Both the position numbers and the translations under genes were made by a program. From Verrucomicrobiales bacterium (lineage in GTDB: Bacteria > Verrucomicrobiota > Verrucomicrobiia > Verrucomicrobiales > V1-33), in NCBI GenBank assembly GCA_031411295.1, contig JANOAV010000038.1, positions 50,918-114,917 on the forward strand: 64,000 nucleotides of DNA, written 5' to 3'. The notes below the pieces were generated by a model. It saw only the letters and a program-made list of their open reading frames with translations. It was not told the origin of the DNA and ran no database searches. Shown here piece by piece: positions 50,128 through 59,567 of the stretch. How positions within the stretch are numbered: the first letter of the stretch is position 1; each line of letters begins with the position of its first letter.

Positions 50128-51336
50128 TCAGGGCAATGCCGCAATCATGTGTGCCATGCGTTCCTGGGCATACACCCGTGCAGCGGTCGCTGCGGTGCGT
50201 GCGGCGGGGAGATCCTGGCCCATTTGCACAAGCCTTTGGGCGATTTGGGTGCCGGTGGTTTCATCGATTTCGAAGACCCAATCGTTCATCTTGAGGTCCG
50301 TCCACATGCGGCCTTTGCGGGTGTCGGTGGGTTGGCGGAGGAGCACGGAGGGCACTCCGGAGGCAATGCCCATGATGGGTGAATGCTGTTCGAAGCTGGC
50401 GATAGCGGCCGCTTGCGCATAGACGCTGCAAGCTTCGGCCGTCAGCCAGTAACGGTTCATGAAGCTGACGTGCGGTTTCACATCCTCCGGCAGTTGATCA
50501 AATAACAGGGTCTTCAGCAGCGGAACCGCATAGGTCATCTCTGGCGTTAGGAGGACGCGCATTTTGGTTTCCCGCACCCAGGCGGTGATGGCCTCGCGCA
50601 GCTTGGCGTGGTCCTTCTCGGCAAACTCCTGGTTCACGTTGATCCGGTCGGCGTTGGGCTTGACGGTCTCGGGATGGATCTCCCAGTAAGGCGTCCAACG
50701 CAGGCGGGGAATGGCGCAGAGGAATTTTCCCGGTTCCATTTTGTGCTCCTTTAAGAGGGCCGTGGCTGCAGTGTCATCGCGCAGATCAATCGCAAACGTG
50801 GCATCGGGGCCAAAGTCGATCTTGGGTCCAGTTAAGCCGCTGGCTTGCAAGGCACGCATGGAATCGGTGTCCCTGAGGAAGATAAATTTCGCGCCAGCCA
50901 GCAAGTCGCGATGGTCTTTGATCTCCGCGTCATTCAACGTAATTCCAGCAATGCCATAGGGTTTGCCGGCCTGTTGCGCGAGCTTTAGTTCCTTCACCCC
51001 CACGATGCCCGGTCCGGAGCCATGCAGAAAGAAATCGCATTCGGCCAGGGCGGTCGTTTGTTCAGCCTTGGTCTTGGCGAGCTTAAGTTTCGGGAATCGC
51101 TTGCGCAAAATCTCCTCCACACCCCCAGCCACACTGCTGGGCCAAAGGGTGATTTCTGCTTCCGGGCGATATCGCTCCAAGAGCGCTAGCATGCCAGGAG
51201 TATGCGCAATGTCGCCAATGTTGACGGTCTGCCAGGAAGACCTGAGCAGAATGCGTTGGGGCTTCCTTTCCTGCGCTGGCAAGGCGTTGACGAATGAGGA
51301 GACAACTGCGGTGTGGAGAAATTGACGGCGGTTCAT
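50128..51336 (-). CDS. Tat-exported polysaccharide pyruvyl transferase family protein
   Basis: NRRQFL signal; SSWQTVNIGDIAH, FLRDTDS and FGPDATF motifs. Confidence 0.82.
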   Translation of the reverse strand: MNRRQFLHTAVVSSFVNALPAQERKPQRILLRSSWQTVNIGDIAHTPGMLALLERYRPEAEITLWPSSVAGGVEEILRKRFPKLKLAKTKAEQTTALAECDFFLHGSGPGIVGVKELKLAQQAGKPYGIAGITLNDAEIKDHRDLLAGAKFIFLRDTDSMRALQASGLTGPKIDFGPDATFAIDLRDDTAATALLKEHKMEPGKFLCAIPRLRWTPYWEIHPETVKPNADRINVNQEFAEKDHAKLREAITAWVRETKMRVLLTPEMTYAVPLLKTLLFDQLPEDVKPHVSFMNRYWLTAEACSVYAQAAAIASFEQHSPIMGIASGVPSVLLRQPTDTRKGRMWTDLKMNDWVFEIDETTGTQIAQRLVQMGQDLPAARTAATAARVYAQERMAHMIAALP

Positions 51337-51511
51337 GGAATTGAGGATTTGATGGTTCCATCCATAGCGGAGTCAGTGAAATTTAGCCAGTCCCTCATGG
51401 AAGCGAGATCGCGGAGGCGCATCGCTCCCCACGAAGTTGTCAATGGCGGTTTTCCTTCCCCTGTCACCGTTTTTGGGCGACAAGCTCTGATAAATCTACT
51501 AATTTTCCGTC

Positions 51512-53653
51512 ATGTGGAAACTCACTCAATTCAGCATGGCGTTCGTGGTTGGACTTGGTATTGGCCTGAGTATCAGCACTGGGCGCGGATGCCCTCAACC
51601 AGCGGCTGAAACGCTGCCCGCCACTAGCTCTGCACTGGAACTACTTAAGCACGTTGATACTCTCTCCAGCTGGGGGGATAGTGGATATCGTTTGCAGCGA
51701 ACCCTCGATAAGTTCCCCCCTGAGCAGTTGCCTCGAATTGCCCAGGAATTGCGCGAGATCGTGGACCCCAAGCTGCATCCGTTCGTTTTGCTGCAAGCCG
51801 TGATCGGCCGCTGGGCCACGCACGATCCTAACGCCGCTCGGGAATGGGTGCAGCGCCTACCTAGGGCCACCCACCCCATCGTTGTGATGGCATTGGTTTA
51901 CGGAATGGCGCAGGCGGATCCGGAAGGTGCCTTACGCTACGCCCGGGGCTTGCCAAGTCACTCCGAGCGAAATTCCGCATTGATTTCCATTGCTAACATT
52001 TTTTCAGACTCGAATCCAGCGGCGGCCTTTGCGGTGCTGAAGTCAATCCCTGGCGCTTATTCCAGTAGCGACAACTCCAGGATTCTGGGTGACTGGGCGC
52101 GGCGTGACCCCACTGCGGCGGCGGCCGAAATTTCCCAACTGCCAGCCGATCAACAGTCTGTAGTGACGTCCACAATTTTCCACCGGTGGGCCGAAACAGA
52201 CCATTCCGCAGCACTGGCCGCTGCGGCAGCACTGAAGCATGCGAAGCTTCGCCAGACGGCCAGTTCTGCTGCGCTTGAAACTTGGGCGAGGCTAGATCCT
52301 GCAGCCGCAGCAGGTTGGTTCATCTCACTTCCGTCGGCCGAGCAGGCTAAAATAGATCCTAGCAACCTTTTGGCAAAGCTGACCGCGAAGGATCCCCCAG
52401 CCGCCCTCTCCTTGCTGGCCAAGCTAAATGGCCGGGCGCGGGCTAACGTCATTTCTCGGATTGCTACGACATGGGCCGAAACAGACCCGGAGGCCGCATG
52501 GACCTGGATGCTTAGCCTGACCGTTGCGTCAGAGAAATCCTCAGCCGCGCAAAGTCTAAGTTACAGTTTGAGGGATGAAGAGATTACGACATTCATCGCT
52601 CGATCGAAACAATTAACCAACCCCGTGGATAAAACCACCCATTTAAGCGCGTGGCTTTCCGCTAATTCCAGCCAGGAGCAGGAGAAACTGGCGGAGCGAT
52701 ACCAAGAGTTGGGGATTACGGCAACGCAACTTCTACTGTTTAACCCAGGCCTCAGATACCAGCTTACCAAAACGGCCCCGGCGTTTTTAATCAAACTTCT
52801 ACAAACCCCATCTAAGGTTGAACTTATCAAGTGCGGGCTTCCCTGGTCCGAGCTGGCCGACCGCTATGCTGCCCAAAATCCCGTTGGCGCTTATGCCTGG
52901 GCGGTAACTTTTCCGCCCCATATTCGTGACGAAATGCTGGAGTCCATCCTCCTCCAGCTAGCACGGACCGATCCTCTGGACGCACTCCACAAAGCACAAG
53001 CGAGGCAGCAGTCGTTTAAAGTCCAAGAGACCATACCCAAGATTCTTTCTGAGTGGGCGGCCTCGGATCCAACAGGCTTGGAGCAGGCAACGGACCAAAT
53101 GGTGGGCGCTGCGCGCAGGTTAGCCCGGCAGCAATTAATTGAGGCTCGAATCTCCGAAGATCCCCGATCCGCCACCGACTACCTTTTGCAGTTCCTCCAA
53201 AACGGCCGCCAAGAAGACGCTGAGGCGGCCACCAGCTCGGCTTCCAAACTGGCGGAGGAATGGGCCGAGATTAATCCGCCAGAGGCCGCCGCTTGGCTGG
53301 CTCAGCTTCCCGCCGGAGGGGGCAAGGATAATTACGCCGCAGGGTTGGCCAAAAAGTGGCCACGAATGGAAATTGAATCTGCCAAGGCTTGGATCAAAGA
53401 GTTGCCTGAGGGCGGAACGAAGGATGGCGCGTTGGCCAACTTCATCAGTAACCTAGGAGCGTCCAATTTTGATGTCTCGTTGAGCCTAGCGCAGCAGATT
53501 CAGGAACAAGCCCAGCGCGACCGTTCCTACGAGCAAACCCTGCGTCTGCTGTTGCTAAGCGAACCCGCGGCAGGTTTAAAGGCGATCGATGCGGCTCCCA
53601 TCAGCTCTGAACTGAAGGATCGCTTGCGGCGCGAGAATCTCGATAACTACTAA
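51512..53653 (+). CDS. Helical W-x-x-x-D-P repeat protein (third family member in the window)
   Basis: WATHDPNAA, WARRDPTAA, WARLDPAAA and WAETDPEAA repeats. Confidence 0.8.
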   Translation: MWKLTQFSMAFVVGLGIGLSISTGRGCPQPAAETLPATSSALELLKHVDTLSSWGDSGYRLQRTLDKFPPEQLPRIAQELREIVDPKLHPFVLLQAVIGRWATHDPNAAREWVQRLPRATHPIVVMALVYGMAQADPEGALRYARGLPSHSERNSALISIANIFSDSNPAAAFAVLKSIPGAYSSSDNSRILGDWARRDPTAAAAEISQLPADQQSVVTSTIFHRWAETDHSAALAAAAALKHAKLRQTASSAALETWARLDPAAAAGWFISLPSAEQAKIDPSNLLAKLTAKDPPAALSLLAKLNGRARANVISRIATTWAETDPEAAWTWMLSLTVASEKSSAAQSLSYSLRDEEITTFIARSKQLTNPVDKTTHLSAWLSANSSQEQEKLAERYQELGITATQLLLFNPGLRYQLTKTAPAFLIKLLQTPSKVELIKCGLPWSELADRYAAQNPVGAYAWAVTFPPHIRDEMLESILLQLARTDPLDALHKAQARQQSFKVQETIPKILSEWAASDPTGLEQATDQMVGAARRLARQQLIEARISEDPRSATDYLLQFLQNGRQEDAEAATSSASKLAEEWAEINPPEAAAWLAQLPAGGGKDNYAAGLAKKWPRMEIESAKAWIKELPEGGTKDGALANFISNLGASNFDVSLSLAQQIQEQAQRDRSYEQTLRLLLLSEPAAGLKAIDAAPISSELKDRLRRENLDNY

Positions 53654-53717
53654 CCGAGCACTGCCGCTCCCCTCAAAGGTGTAGTTGGAAATTGCGCTGC
53701 GTGTGCCAATGGTTGGT

Positions 53718-54632
53718 ATGCAATTTCCTCATCTCTCCATACTCCTGTTCACTGCCGCTCTTGTCAGTCCTGCTACCTTGTTTGCGCAGCGCCCACAGCA
53801 GCGCTTGCCAGAAGGCACGGTGGCCAAGCGGGATATTCCTTATGTCACCAAGGGACACGACCGTCAGAAGTTGGATCTGTTTCTACCAAAGTCCGCCGAT
53901 GGCGCCAAACCGCTGCCGCTCGTCATCTGGGTGCATGGCGGAGCATGGCGGGCGGGGAGTAAGGACAATTGCCCCGCTCTGCGCTTGTTGGAAAAAGGAT
54001 ATGCCGTCGCGAGTATTGGTTATCGGCTCACGGACACTGCCATTTACCCGGCTCAGTTGGAGGATTGTAAATCGGCGGTCCGCTGGTTGCGCAGTCATGC
54101 CAAGGAGCATGGACTCGACCCGCAGCGATTTGCGGCTTGGGGCAGTTCTGCAGGCGGGCATTTGGTGGCTCTGCTCGGCACGACAGGGGATGTAAAGGAC
54201 TACGACAAAGGTGAGAACTTGGAGGTTGGCAGCGAGGTGCAGGCCGTGGTCGATTTCTTTGGCCCCATCGATTTCTGCCAAATGGAAGCGCAGGATTCGC
54301 CAGAGTTCGGGAAGATGGATCACGATGCCGCTAACTCGCCAGAGTCCCTGCTGGTGGGTGGTGCGATCCAAGACAATAAGGACAAGGTGGCCAAAGCCAG
54401 TCCGCTAACTTACATCACGAAAAACGATCCACCCGTGTTGATGGTGCATGGAGATCGGGATCCGCTCGTGCCGCATGGCCAAAGCGAACTCTTGGCCACC
54501 GCGCTTAAGAAAGCGGGAATTAACAATGAACTGAAAACCGTGAAAGGCGGTGGGCACGGCAATGGATTTCCACCAGAGGTTCAAGACTGGGTGGATAGCT
54601 TCTTGGCGGCCCAGCTCCAGAAAAAGCCATAG
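53718..54632 (+). CDS. Secreted alpha/beta hydrolase (BD-FAE-like esterase)
   Basis: HGGAW oxyanion motif, GSSAGG nucleophile, HGDRD and GGGHG. Confidence 0.92.
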   Translation: MQFPHLSILLFTAALVSPATLFAQRPQQRLPEGTVAKRDIPYVTKGHDRQKLDLFLPKSADGAKPLPLVIWVHGGAWRAGSKDNCPALRLLEKGYAVASIGYRLTDTAIYPAQLEDCKSAVRWLRSHAKEHGLDPQRFAAWGSSAGGHLVALLGTTGDVKDYDKGENLEVGSEVQAVVDFFGPIDFCQMEAQDSPEFGKMDHDAANSPESLLVGGAIQDNKDKVAKASPLTYITKNDPPVLMVHGDRDPLVPHGQSELLATALKKAGINNELKTVKGGGHGNGFPPEVQDWVDSFLAAQLQKKP

Positions 54633-55094
54633 CAAGTGCTGGTGTTTCGCTCACTGGGAGTGACCAACATCACGGTCAGGCCCAGCATTGCGGAGAAAAT
54701 GCGCAAAATTGGGGTTTTCCAGAGCGGCTGCTACGTCTCACTGGACTGTCAGGAGCAACAGGGCAAGATTCTCCGCAAGGATAGCTTGGCGATCATCCAA
54801 GAGGATGTGATCGTGGCAAAGGATGACCCTCTGAATTTGGAATTAGCGCCTTCGTAGAATGCGCCGGACTCGGTGCCACCCCAAAGGTCTCGGGCAGACG
54901 ATCTGGCCGTGGCGCTGCAAATCACCAGGATGATTGAAAGCAGCACACTTGGCGCCAGTTTGGCACCGATTCCGTTGCCAGCCTAATCGGAGATCCGTCT
55001 TCATTGGCCGGGCGGAATGTCCGTCAATTCTTTACACTCTGTTACGGAAGTTTCATCGACGATTCACGGTCGGCGGGTGTAGATTCCCGCAATT

Positions 55095-55544
55095 ATGATC
55101 ACACTCAACGTCAACGGGCAGAGTTACCAGGTCGATGTGCCATCGGACACGCCACTTTTGTGGGTCCTGCGCGACATCTTATTTCTCACGGGCACGAAGT
55201 ATGGTTGCGGCATTGCCGTGTGCTGGGCGTGCACGGTGATGGTCAATGGGGTCGCGGAGAAATCCTGCGATTACACCGTTGGGGCTGCAGCTGGGAAAGC
55301 GATCACGACCATCGAAGGGCTCTCGCCTGACGGATCGCATCCATTGCAGAAGGCGTGGATTGCCGAACAGGCACCGCAGTGCGGGTATTGTCAGTCCGGC
55401 ATGATCATGCAGGCGGCGGCTTTGCTGCGGGAGAAACCGCACCCCTCGGATGGCGATATCAATGGCGCGATGAAGAACATTTGCGTCTGCGGAACTTATC
55501 AACGCGTGAAAGCTGCGATCAAACGCGCGGCGGCTGGTGGCTAA
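55095..55544 (+). CDS. iorA: (2Fe-2S) small subunit of isoquinoline 1-oxidoreductase/xanthine dehydrogenase family
   Basis: [16 protein letters not shown] and [16 protein letters not shown] motifs. Confidence 0.9.
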   Translation: MITLNVNGQSYQVDVPSDTPLLWVLRDILFLTGTKYGCGIAVCWACTVMVNGVAEKSCDYTVGAAAGKAITTIEGLSPDGSHPLQKAWIAEQAPQCGYCQSGMIMQAAALLREKPHPSDGDINGAMKNICVCGTYQRVKAAIKRAAAGG

Positions 55545-57735
55545 CCATTTCCTGAATCCCCACATCATGAACGACACCATCATCAGCAAAGCCAGCACCA
55601 TCGAGCGGCGGCAATTTCTCAAAGCCACGGGCGGTTTCCTGCTGGCGTTCACGCTGGAAGGCGGGACGAATCGCGCAATGGCACAGGCGGCCACGCCCGC
55701 AGGCGTCACGGCTTACATTCGCATTGGCGCAGACGAAACGATCACGGTGTTAGTCGGTGGTGGTGAAATGGGTCAAGGGATTTACACTGGTCTGTCGATG
55801 GCAGCAGCGGAGGAACTCATGGTGAAATGGGAGAAGGTGAAGGTGGAGCCGCTCACCGCAATTTCCTCGTGGCTCTCCGCTGGCAGCGGCGGCATTCGTT
55901 CACGCTTGCCCACGTTCCTCAAGGCGGGCGCGGCGGCTCGGGAAATGCTGATCAGTGCGGCGGCTCAGACTTGGGGCGTGGATCGCACGGTCTGTCAGGC
56001 GGTGGATGGAACCATCAAGAACACCGTCACCAATGAATTCCTAACTTACGGTGCGCTGGCCCCGCTGGCGGCTACCTTGCCGGTGCCAGCGACTCCTCCG
56101 CTCACGCCTGCGGCAAATTATCGCATCATCGGCACGGCGGCAGCCCGACCCGATTTACCTGCCAAGGTGAACGGCAGCGCCAAGTATGGCTTGGATGCCG
56201 TCGTGCCAGGCATGGCCTTTGCCATTATCAAACACGCTCCGACCATGGGCGGCACGTTGAAGTCCACGCCCTCCGTTCCGCGAGGGGCCAGCGCGGTGGT
56301 GCCGCTGGACAACGCCTACGCGCTTGTTTCCTGGCTGCCCGGAGCCAATACGTGGGCTCTCATGGAAGCCGCCAAACAAATTGGCAGCAGCATTTGGAAT
56401 ACGCCTGCTAACGCTTCGCTACTGGACTCCGCGGTGTTTCAAAATCAGGCCATGCAACTACTGGGACGCGGCACACCGTTCATTGCCGAGCAGAAGGGCG
56501 ATGTGGATGCTGGCTTTGCCAGTGCCACTCGCGTCCTGGAAATGACTTACACGCTGCCTTACCTGCCGCATGCCTGCATGGAAGTTTTGAACTGCACGGT
56601 GCGCATGACGCCAGCCACGGGCACGCCCACGGCTTGTGAAATTTGGGCTCCGACGCAAGCTCCTAGCATGGTTCTGGCAACTGCCGCCACCGTCACTGGT
56701 CTTCCGAAGACGGCCATCACCATTTACCCAATGTTTATGGGCGGCGGCTTGGGGCGCAAGTTCGAGCAGGATTACATTACCCAAGCCATCCGCACCGCCA
56801 TGGCCATCGGACGGCCAGTGAAGCTAACTTGGCCGCGTGCCGAAGACATGACGCGGGATCAATATCGCCCCATGGCGGTCACGCGAATCAAGGTGGGCTT
56901 GGATGCAGCAGGGAAAATTTCGGCATGGTCGAATCGACACGTTTCGCCATCCATTTCCGCACAGCGCAAAACCACTCCCTTAACTGCTTCGGATAACAAC
57001 GCCACGGAAGGCGCGACCGCTCTGCCGTATAATTTACCGAACCGGCTAGTGGATTACGTGCAACATCCATCGCCCATTCCCGTGGGCTACTGGCGGTCCG
57101 TGGGGTATTCCATCAACTGCTTTGCGGTGGAGAGCGCCATCGATGAAATCGCGCTGGCAACAGGCGTGGATCCACTGACGCTGCGGCGGCAACTGCTGAG
57201 TGCCAGCACGGACCCTCTGGCTGCGCGCACGCTGGCAGTGGTGAATGCTGCGGCCGCCTTGGCTGGTTGGGAAACGACCGCCGTGCCCGCCGGAAGGGCC
57301 CGGGGCATCGCTGTGGGTCAGGCGTTCGGAACCATCGTGGCGGAGGTGGCGGAGATCTCTGCGCCTGTGGCGGGAAACTTTATTTTGCACAAGGTGGCCT
57401 GTGCCGTGGATTGTGGCATGGCCGTAAATCCCAACTCCGTGGAAGCGCAAATGCAGGGCGGGATCTTCCACGGGCTCAGCGCCTGCAAGTGGGGCGAATT
57501 GAAATGGACCGCTGGAAAATCCAGCGTGACTAACTTCAACAAGTATCGCATGACCCGCCTCAGCGAAGCCCCGGTCATCACGGTGCAGATCATCAACAGC
57601 GGAGCCGCCATGAGCGGCACGGGCGAGCCTGGAGTTCCTCCCATCGCGCCGGCCATTGCCAATGCTTATGCGAAACTAACCGGTCAGCGCTTGCGGAATT
57701 TACCCTTCTTCCCCGGTGCCACCATGGGTGGCTAA
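55537..57735 (+). CDS. iorB: Molybdopterin-binding large subunit (IorB-like), Tat signal
   Basis: ERRQFLK, EMGQG, HACME, GGGLGRK, WRSVG, QMQGG and [11 protein letters not shown] motifs. Alternative start at 55567. Confidence 0.9.
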   Translation: MANHFLNPHIMNDTIISKASTIERRQFLKATGGFLLAFTLEGGTNRAMAQAATPAGVTAYIRIGADETITVLVGGGEMGQGIYTGLSMAAAEELMVKWEKVKVEPLTAISSWLSAGSGGIRSRLPTFLKAGAAAREMLISAAAQTWGVDRTVCQAVDGTIKNTVTNEFLTYGALAPLAATLPVPATPPLTPAANYRIIGTAAARPDLPAKVNGSAKYGLDAVVPGMAFAIIKHAPTMGGTLKSTPSVPRGASAVVPLDNAYALVSWLPGANTWALMEAAKQIGSSIWNTPANASLLDSAVFQNQAMQLLGRGTPFIAEQKGDVDAGFASATRVLEMTYTLPYLPHACMEVLNCTVRMTPATGTPTACEIWAPTQAPSMVLATAATVTGLPKTAITIYPMFMGGGLGRKFEQDYITQAIRTAMAIGRPVKLTWPRAEDMTRDQYRPMAVTRIKVGLDAAGKISAWSNRHVSPSISAQRKTTPLTASDNNATEGATALPYNLPNRLVDYVQHPSPIPVGYWRSVGYSINCFAVESAIDEIALATGVDPLTLRRQLLSASTDPLAARTLAVVNAAAALAGWETTAVPAGRARGIAVGQAFGTIVAEVAEISAPVAGNFILHKVACAVDCGMAVNPNSVEAQMQGGIFHGLSACKWGELKWTAGKSSVTNFNKYRMTRLSEAPVITVQIINSGAAMSGTGEPGVPPIAPAIANAYAKLTGQRLRNLPFFPGATMGG

Positions 57736-57744
57736 CTAACGATC

Positions 57745-58887
57745 ATGAAGACCATCCAAGCCATCGTCGAACTCGCCCAGACTGCGCCCGCAGGCTGCGT
57801 GCTGGCCATGGCCACGGTGGTGAACGTCCGCGGCTCAGCGTATCGACGGCCTGGGGCACGGATGCTCGTTTTACCAAATGGCAAAACCGCCGGGATGATC
57901 AGCGGTGGATGTTTGGAAAGCGATGTCAAGGAACGTGCGAGAGTCGTAATGACCACAAGCGAACCAATTCTCGTCACCTATGATTCCACGGCTCCAGAAG
58001 ACATCATTTTCGGACTCGGACTCGGCTGCAATGGCATCGTGCAAGTGCTCATCGAACCACTCAACGCAGGTGAAACCACAGGACTTCTGGCATTTCTCGC
58101 AGCCTGCGTGGCGCGGCGGCAAATGGGTCGCGCGCTGACGATATTTGCATCAGATGATTTCCCACTCGGAACCAGACTAACACGCTGGCCGGATGGCAGT
58201 GTCATTGCCTCACAAAATGATACCGCCTTTACAAATCACGCGCTGGCCACATTCCAAGAACTGGGCGCGCGGCGGAATGTGATTCGGGAAATTGAGCTGC
58301 CAGACGGTCGCTGCGGCAAGGCGCTCATCGAAACGATTGCGCCACCGATTCCGCTCACGATTTTCGGTGCATTCGACGACGCGATCCCGGTCGCACAGTT
58401 GGCGAAATCGCTCGGCTGGCATGTCACGGTAATCGATGCCCGACCCGCCTATGCGACCACAGAGCGTTTTTCCATGGCGGATGCGGTGCATTGTCTGCGG
58501 CCAGAATCACTGCTCACGAGCGAGCATTTCGTGCTGCCACGCGAAGCGTTAGTCATGATCATGACCCACAGCGTGACGCATGATCGCGAACTGCTGCGAG
58601 TCATTATGCCGCGGTCCCCGAAATACATCGGCATCCTGGGCCCGAAACGCCGCACGGAGCGCGTGCTTGAGGAACTGGCGCAGGAGGGAATCAAATTTAG
58701 TGAAGAAGCGCTGTCCCGCCTGCACGGCCCGGCGGGCTTGGATTTGGGCGCGGAGCCGCCAGAAGAAATTGCGGTGTCCATCATCGCAGAGATGCAGGCC
58801 GTGATCGGACGTCGCGAAGGCGGGCCGTTACGGGAGCGCATGGAGCCAATTCACGAACCGGTGGACTCCACCCTAACCACGATATGA
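57745..58887 (+). CDS. xdhC: XdhC/CoxI family Moco insertion chaperone
   Basis: GSAYRRPGARM..ISGGCLE, GLGCNG and GPAGLDLGA..PEEIAVSI motifs. Confidence 0.92.
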   Translation: MKTIQAIVELAQTAPAGCVLAMATVVNVRGSAYRRPGARMLVLPNGKTAGMISGGCLESDVKERARVVMTTSEPILVTYDSTAPEDIIFGLGLGCNGIVQVLIEPLNAGETTGLLAFLAACVARRQMGRALTIFASDDFPLGTRLTRWPDGSVIASQNDTAFTNHALATFQELGARRNVIREIELPDGRCGKALIETIAPPIPLTIFGAFDDAIPVAQLAKSLGWHVTVIDARPAYATTERFSMADAVHCLRPESLLTSEHFVLPREALVMIMTHSVTHDRELLRVIMPRSPKYIGILGPKRRTERVLEELAQEGIKFSEEALSRLHGPAGLDLGAEPPEEIAVSIIAEMQAVIGRREGGPLRERMEPIHEPVDSTLTTI

Positions 58888-59567
58888 AACCCGGCATCGT
58901 CATCCTCGCAGCAGGTGAATCCTCCCGCATGGGCACGCCCAAGCAGTTGCTGTTGTATGCCGGGGAAACCTTGCTGCAGCGGACTATCAACGCAGCACAA
59001 GCGGTGGCGGAGAATGTGATTGTGGTGCTAGGCGCGAATGCTCAAGTTGTGGCGGGGGCTTGCAGCCCACAAGCCGAGAACCTTTCCTCCGCATCTAACG
59101 CCCAAAAACATGCTAAAGCGTCCCGGCTTGGGGGCTACAAGCCCCCGCCACATATTATTGAAAACCACAACTGGCGTGAAGGCATGGGAACCTCAGTGTC
59201 ACTTGGTTTACAAACCTTGCTAAAATCACACCCAAACACGAAAGCCGTTATCTTTCTCCTGTGTGATCAACCGCTCCTAACCAGCGAAATCCTGCAACAA
59301 ATCGTCACCAAGCAAGAAGCCACTGGCAGCCCCATCGTGGCCGCGGAATACAACGGAACCCTCGGAGTGCCTGCGTTGTTTGCGGCCAGTCTGTTTCCCG
59401 CACTCCTCAGCCTAGCTGGCGCAGAAGGTGCGCGCAAGGTCATCACGAAACACCGCTCCGAAGCTCTAGGCGTGCCATTTCAAGAAGGCGCGATGGACAT
59501 CGATACCCCAGCCGATTACGCGCAGTTGGTCGAAATTTCACTTTCCCCGAACCTCATTCTAGCATGA
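58884..59567 (+). CDS. mocA: Molybdenum cofactor cytidylyltransferase-like nucleotidyltransferase with in-frame REP insertion
   Basis: ILAAGESSRMGTPKQLL, NWREGMGTS, LCDQP, GVPALF and DIDTPADY motifs. Confidence 0.9.
   Translation: MKPGIVILAAGESSRMGTPKQLLLYAGETLLQRTINAAQAVAENVIVVLGANAQVVAGACSPQAENLSSASNAQKHAKASRLGGYKPPPHIIENHNWREGMGTSVSLGLQTLLKSHPNTKAVIFLLCDQPLLTSEILQQIVTKQEATGSPIVAAEYNGTLGVPALFAASLFPALLSLAGAEGARKVITKHRSEALGVPFQEGAMDIDTPADYAQLVEISLSPNLILA
59048..59152. repeat. Inverted REP doublet (REPIN-like), 105 bp, inside mocA
   Basis: tgtggcgggggcttgcagcccacaagccg ... cggcttgggggctacaagcccccgccaca. Confidence 0.8.

Noticed and set aside
54636..54990. Small ORFs between the hydrolase and iorA
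   Set aside because: No recognisable motifs or convincing start. It may be a decayed remnant, but I cannot support that.
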